In this document: positions 57,870 to 60,677 of the stretch, piece by piece
How the letters are laid out: the number at the start of each line of letters is the position of its first letter
Position numbering within the stretch: the stretch's first letter is position 1
Source of the DNA: an uncultured virus (IMG/VR IMGVR_UViG_3300027754_000050)
Lineage: Duplodnaviria; Heunggongvirae; Uroviricota; Caudoviricetes
Virus record (IMG/VR): IMGVR_UViG_3300027754_000050
Direction: 5' to 3' (one strand)
DNA: 60,677 nucleotides
The notes under the pieces: model-generated
The model's database searches: none
The model's input: only the letters and a program-made list of their open reading frames with translations
Told to the model about the DNA's origin: nothing
Position numbers and translations under genes: made by a program

Positions 57870-59108
57870 TTATTGTGTTTTAATTTTTTGCGGGAAATCG
57901 TTTGTGGAGTGGCAATTATTAGCGTTATTAACAATTAAGGTTGTACTTCTTGCGGTAACACGCACCAAATTTTTGACTCTGGGATCTGGTCTGAATTCTA
58001 GTTTTTTCCCATGCACATCCATGAGTATGAATGCTCCACTTGTTCTTTTGCCCATTACGAACGCTATTTTACCTTTGTATAAGACTTTATCAAATTTTCT
58101 AAATCCATGCAATTTTCCGGTTGGAATTTTAATTTCTGAACGTCTTCCTTTATTCTGTTGATAATCACCGCCTGCTACGTTTTTCAAGGTAAAGCAGTTT
58201 GCCGGTTGTACATTGAGAGCGGCAGATGCATTATTGAGTGCGGAATGTGGTAGATTTAACTTTATTCTTTGTGCTTTAACTTGAAAGCCATAAATATTTT
58301 GTACGGGTACATTTTTGAAATCTAGGTATTTTCTAATAATAGCACAAACTGTATCTTGTTTTGCTGTTTTATGAACGACATTTCCTATTTTAATAGATAC
58401 TCCTTTGTGAAGATCTACATGACACTTTTTGCATAGTGTTACAAGGTTAGTAAGAGTATCCGGACCATTTTGACTTCTTGGTATAATGTGATGGGCATGG
58501 AGTTCTGTTCTGCCTGCTTTACAACATCTACATTTATATCCATCTCGTTTAAAGACCTTGCTTTGAATGTTAAGCCATTTCTCATCCGGTTTTCCATTCC
58601 ACTCTTCGGCGGTTGCAGATTTTACAGTATACCATGAAGCGATAGGAAGTATACTTTGTACTCGTTTTATTTCTCGAAGGTGTGATTGTAGTTTGCTATT
58701 AATAGTAGGATTGTGAAGCCAATTTCTAATTCTGTTGTTGAATCTTGCCTGTCTGTACCGTGTTTTTCTGTTTCTTCTCGTGCGGCGGTAATTGGATCGT
58801 TTTTCCATATTACCTGAAACGTTCGTTCTTGGTTCTGTGGCTGAAGAAAATAAACAAACTTCACCGCATTTTGCAGCGATTCCTATTACATATGAGCTTG
58901 GAATACATGCTGCTACAACACTTTGCACCTCATTTTTACATGGGAAGCGCAGTTTAATAGTATAAGGGCACTTTGATACTACTCTTGCTTTCTCTGCTTT
59001 TAACAAATGCCGTGCTTTCGCCTGTGTTGTTGGCATAAGCGGGTTTCCATGTACGTTCTGCACAAAAACGTGGTTAATAACAGGTTTAATAGTTTTCACC
59101 TCGTTCAT
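57870..59108 (-). CDS. iscB: IscB-family (RRXRR plus HNH) protein with degenerate RuvC
   Basis: PLMPT, RRTRRNRKTRYRQARFNNR bridge helix, HHIIPRS..G.D...NL.TLC..CH, GFR.FD.V. Confidence 0.88.
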   Translation of the reverse strand: MNEVKTIKPVINHVFVQNVHGNPLMPTTQAKARHLLKAEKARVVSKCPYTIKLRFPCKNEVQSVVAACIPSSYVIGIAAKCGEVCLFSSATEPRTNVSGNMEKRSNYRRTRRNRKTRYRQARFNNRIRNWLHNPTINSKLQSHLREIKRVQSILPIASWYTVKSATAEEWNGKPDEKWLNIQSKVFKRDGYKCRCCKAGRTELHAHHIIPRSQNGPDTLTNLVTLCKKCHVDLHKGVSIKIGNVVHKTAKQDTVCAIIRKYLDFKNVPVQNIYGFQVKAQRIKLNLPHSALNNASAALNVQPANCFTLKNVAGGDYQQNKGRRSEIKIPTGKLHGFRKFDKVLYKGKIAFVMGKRTSGAFILMDVHGKKLEFRPDPRVKNLVRVTARSTTLIVNNANNCHSTNDFPQKIKTQ

Positions 59109-59110
59109 AT

Positions 59111-59503
59111 TGTTTTCCTGAAAGGGTAATATTTATACTTCAGAAACAGAAACAGCTTGACAGGCGGAAGCCCCAAACTCTCCCATCATTTTGTATACCA
59201 TCGAAAGATTATTAATGCCGGAAAAAACCGACCGAGAAATCTACCTTCTGCATGATGCCGAAGAAACTCGAAATGCCTGTTTTCAAACTTTTACCATTTA
59301 AAACTTAGGACTTCCTCTCGATAATGTTATCTAGCCTTAATATGTGGTCTGACTGAGAAAGTCTAAGACTCTCTCTGTTTACAGAGTCACGAAAACATTG
59401 CTACGAACTGAGGCGGCATTCGTAGGTTTCTCTATGCTAAATAACGTAGCTTTTATTTCTAAAAACTTAATCTGGTATAAATATTACCCCTTTTAGGAAA
59501 ACA
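59111..59503 (-). ncRNA. omegaRNA (OMEGA/HEARO-like) upstream of iscB
   Basis: ACCAGATTAAG, CTACGTTAT, CCTCAGT, TAAACAG, ATAACATT.TCGAG blocks recalled as typical; ends joined by an inverted repeat; boundaries approximate. Confidence 0.7.
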
Positions 59504-59606
59504 AAAATACCCGCAGGTGACAAAAACACCGTCTGGTCCGCTCGCCCCCGCCACAACATAAGGTGTGCCGCAACAAATCGAGACAGCGATCCTGGTGCTC
59601 CCCACG

Positions 59607-59635
59607 ATTTTACCTTATGTTATGATATTTGTCAA
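59607..59635 (-). promoter_or_regulatory. sigma70-type promoter upstream of omegaRNA/iscB
   Basis: TTGACA-17-TAAAAT. Confidence 0.7.
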
Positions 59636-59641
59636 GACATA

Positions 59642-60466
59642 TTATTTTGTTTTAACAGTAGGTCGAACAAATTGCGAAGGTGACCCGTGAGTCTTATGCA
59701 TTGTTCCTCCACAATCTCTACATCGTGCTTTTCCTGCGTTAATGTCATACTCTGAGGCTTTTCCGGGATTTCCACATCGGGCACAAACGGCAGCGGCTTC
59801 AGACAGGCTTGCTATTCGATCATTATACCATTCGCTATATTTTTTCATATTTTCCTTATTTTTCATTTTCCATGATATTGGTTTGCTTGATTTTTTTTTG
59901 TTTTTAGATTTATTACAAGAACTTAGTGTTGGTCTACACGCTGGATATTTTCTTTCGGCACCTTTTCCAGTTTTATTTCGTCCACAAGGCACAAGATTGC
60001 CTTTACGGCTAGCTTTGCAATCTATCCAGCCTTTTCCTTTGTTTCTTGAAAACCAACCGTGTAATCCTTTTTCTTTTTCTGTATCAAAAGTTCCTTCTAT
60101 GAAGTCTTCTTTTCTAGTATTTTCTTTAGCCACAGATTTTATTCTTGCTGCAAATATTTCCATACTTGTATCTTCAGGAGGACTTCTTCCCATAGAGATC
60201 AAGGTTTTTATTATAACATCTGATGGTGCAGACGATGCATCTACACCGTTATATTGAAGTCCCATTATTGCGTTGGCGGCATCATCGTATTGTTTAGGAT
60301 GTTGTAAAGCTTCATTCTTAGAATTTCCCCAATTTGCAGCACCCATTTTTCTACATTTTACGAGCGCACCAGAGGAGTAGGCAGAAGGCCAAACGCGATA
60401 TCTGCTTTTTACTTTATGATAGCAAGCGTCTTTTCCTTCAAGAAACTCAATAAAAGTTTTCATCAT
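59642..60466 (-). CDS. T4-like phage conserved protein (DACY.KVKSRY.VWPSAY.SGALVKCR), candidate virion protein
   Basis: 274 aa; MKTFIEFLE N-terminus. Confidence 0.8.
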   Translation of the reverse strand: MMKTFIEFLEGKDACYHKVKSRYRVWPSAYSSGALVKCRKMGAANWGNSKNEALQHPKQYDDAANAIMGLQYNGVDASSAPSDVIIKTLISMGRSPPEDTSMEIFAARIKSVAKENTRKEDFIEGTFDTEKEKGLHGWFSRNKGKGWIDCKASRKGNLVPCGRNKTGKGAERKYPACRPTLSSCNKSKNKKKSSKPISWKMKNKENMKKYSEWYNDRIASLSEAAAVCARCGNPGKASEYDINAGKARCRDCGGTMHKTHGSPSQFVRPTVKTK

Positions 60467-60470
60467 AAGT

Positions 60471-60478
60471 TATTTATG
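60471..60478 (-). promoter_or_regulatory. possible T4-like late promoter (CATAAATA)
   Basis: 7/8 match to TATAAATA immediately upstream of the ATG. Confidence 0.4.
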
Positions 60479-60677
60479 ATGATGAACTCATTTTTTCCAT
60501 ACTTCATAGAAATGCGAGAATGGTCTTTGTAAGCGGCATATTTCTTTTCCATACTTCATAGAAGCAATGCGAGCATGGTCCTGGTGATGGATATATTTCT
60601 CGATAATCAATAACAAAATTATTTTCTATTAACGTTTTATCAATATATTCTTTTTCCCATTCTGTTTTCGGTTCCGA

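Noticed and set aside
57870..59635. Complete autonomous IS200/IS605 element
   Set aside because: No tnpA nearby and element ends could not be identified with confidence
60490..60565. TTTTCCATACTTCATAGAA direct repeat
   Set aside because: Only two copies near the window edge, probably within a truncated minus-strand gene; not interpretable here
1..60677. Alternative genetic code or suppressor tRNA
   Set aside because: Known genes are intact in the standard code, all three stop codons are used, and no CTA/TCA/TTA anticodon was found

Overview
This window looks like part of a large, probably T4-like or jumbo, dsDNA phage genome read in the standard genetic code. From about 119 to 52420 almost every gene is on the minus strand. 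The genes are mostly short accessory ORFs, punctuated by about 68 same-orientation copies (counted by eye) of a 13-18 bp element, + strand cTATAAGGTACAATTAaa (minus strand tttAATTGTACCTTATAg). This element sits at gene boundaries, often supplies the upstream stop codon, and borders duplicated gene ends, gene-less units and a half-site. It is either a phage-specific promoter or a recombination/cassette site, or both; no recombinase is visible in the window. Recognisable cargo: two ATP-dependent DNA ligases (one WGR-fused), a PcfJ-like protein, a DEDD exonuclease, a MoxR-like AAA ATPase and its vWA/metallopeptidase partner, a GNAT, a GHKL ATPase, and an expanded family of 26-aa-repeat proteins. 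There are four tRNAs: Arg-TCT, Lys-TTT, Glu-TTC, and a CAT tRNA lying beside tilS and an HNH gene. The right end holds thyX, DUF6428, ParB-like and glycosyltransferase genes, proteins with T4-like capsid-targeting N-termini, and an IscB with a degenerate RuvC, an intact HNH and an upstream omegaRNA. All calls are from visual motif recognition; no searches were run.
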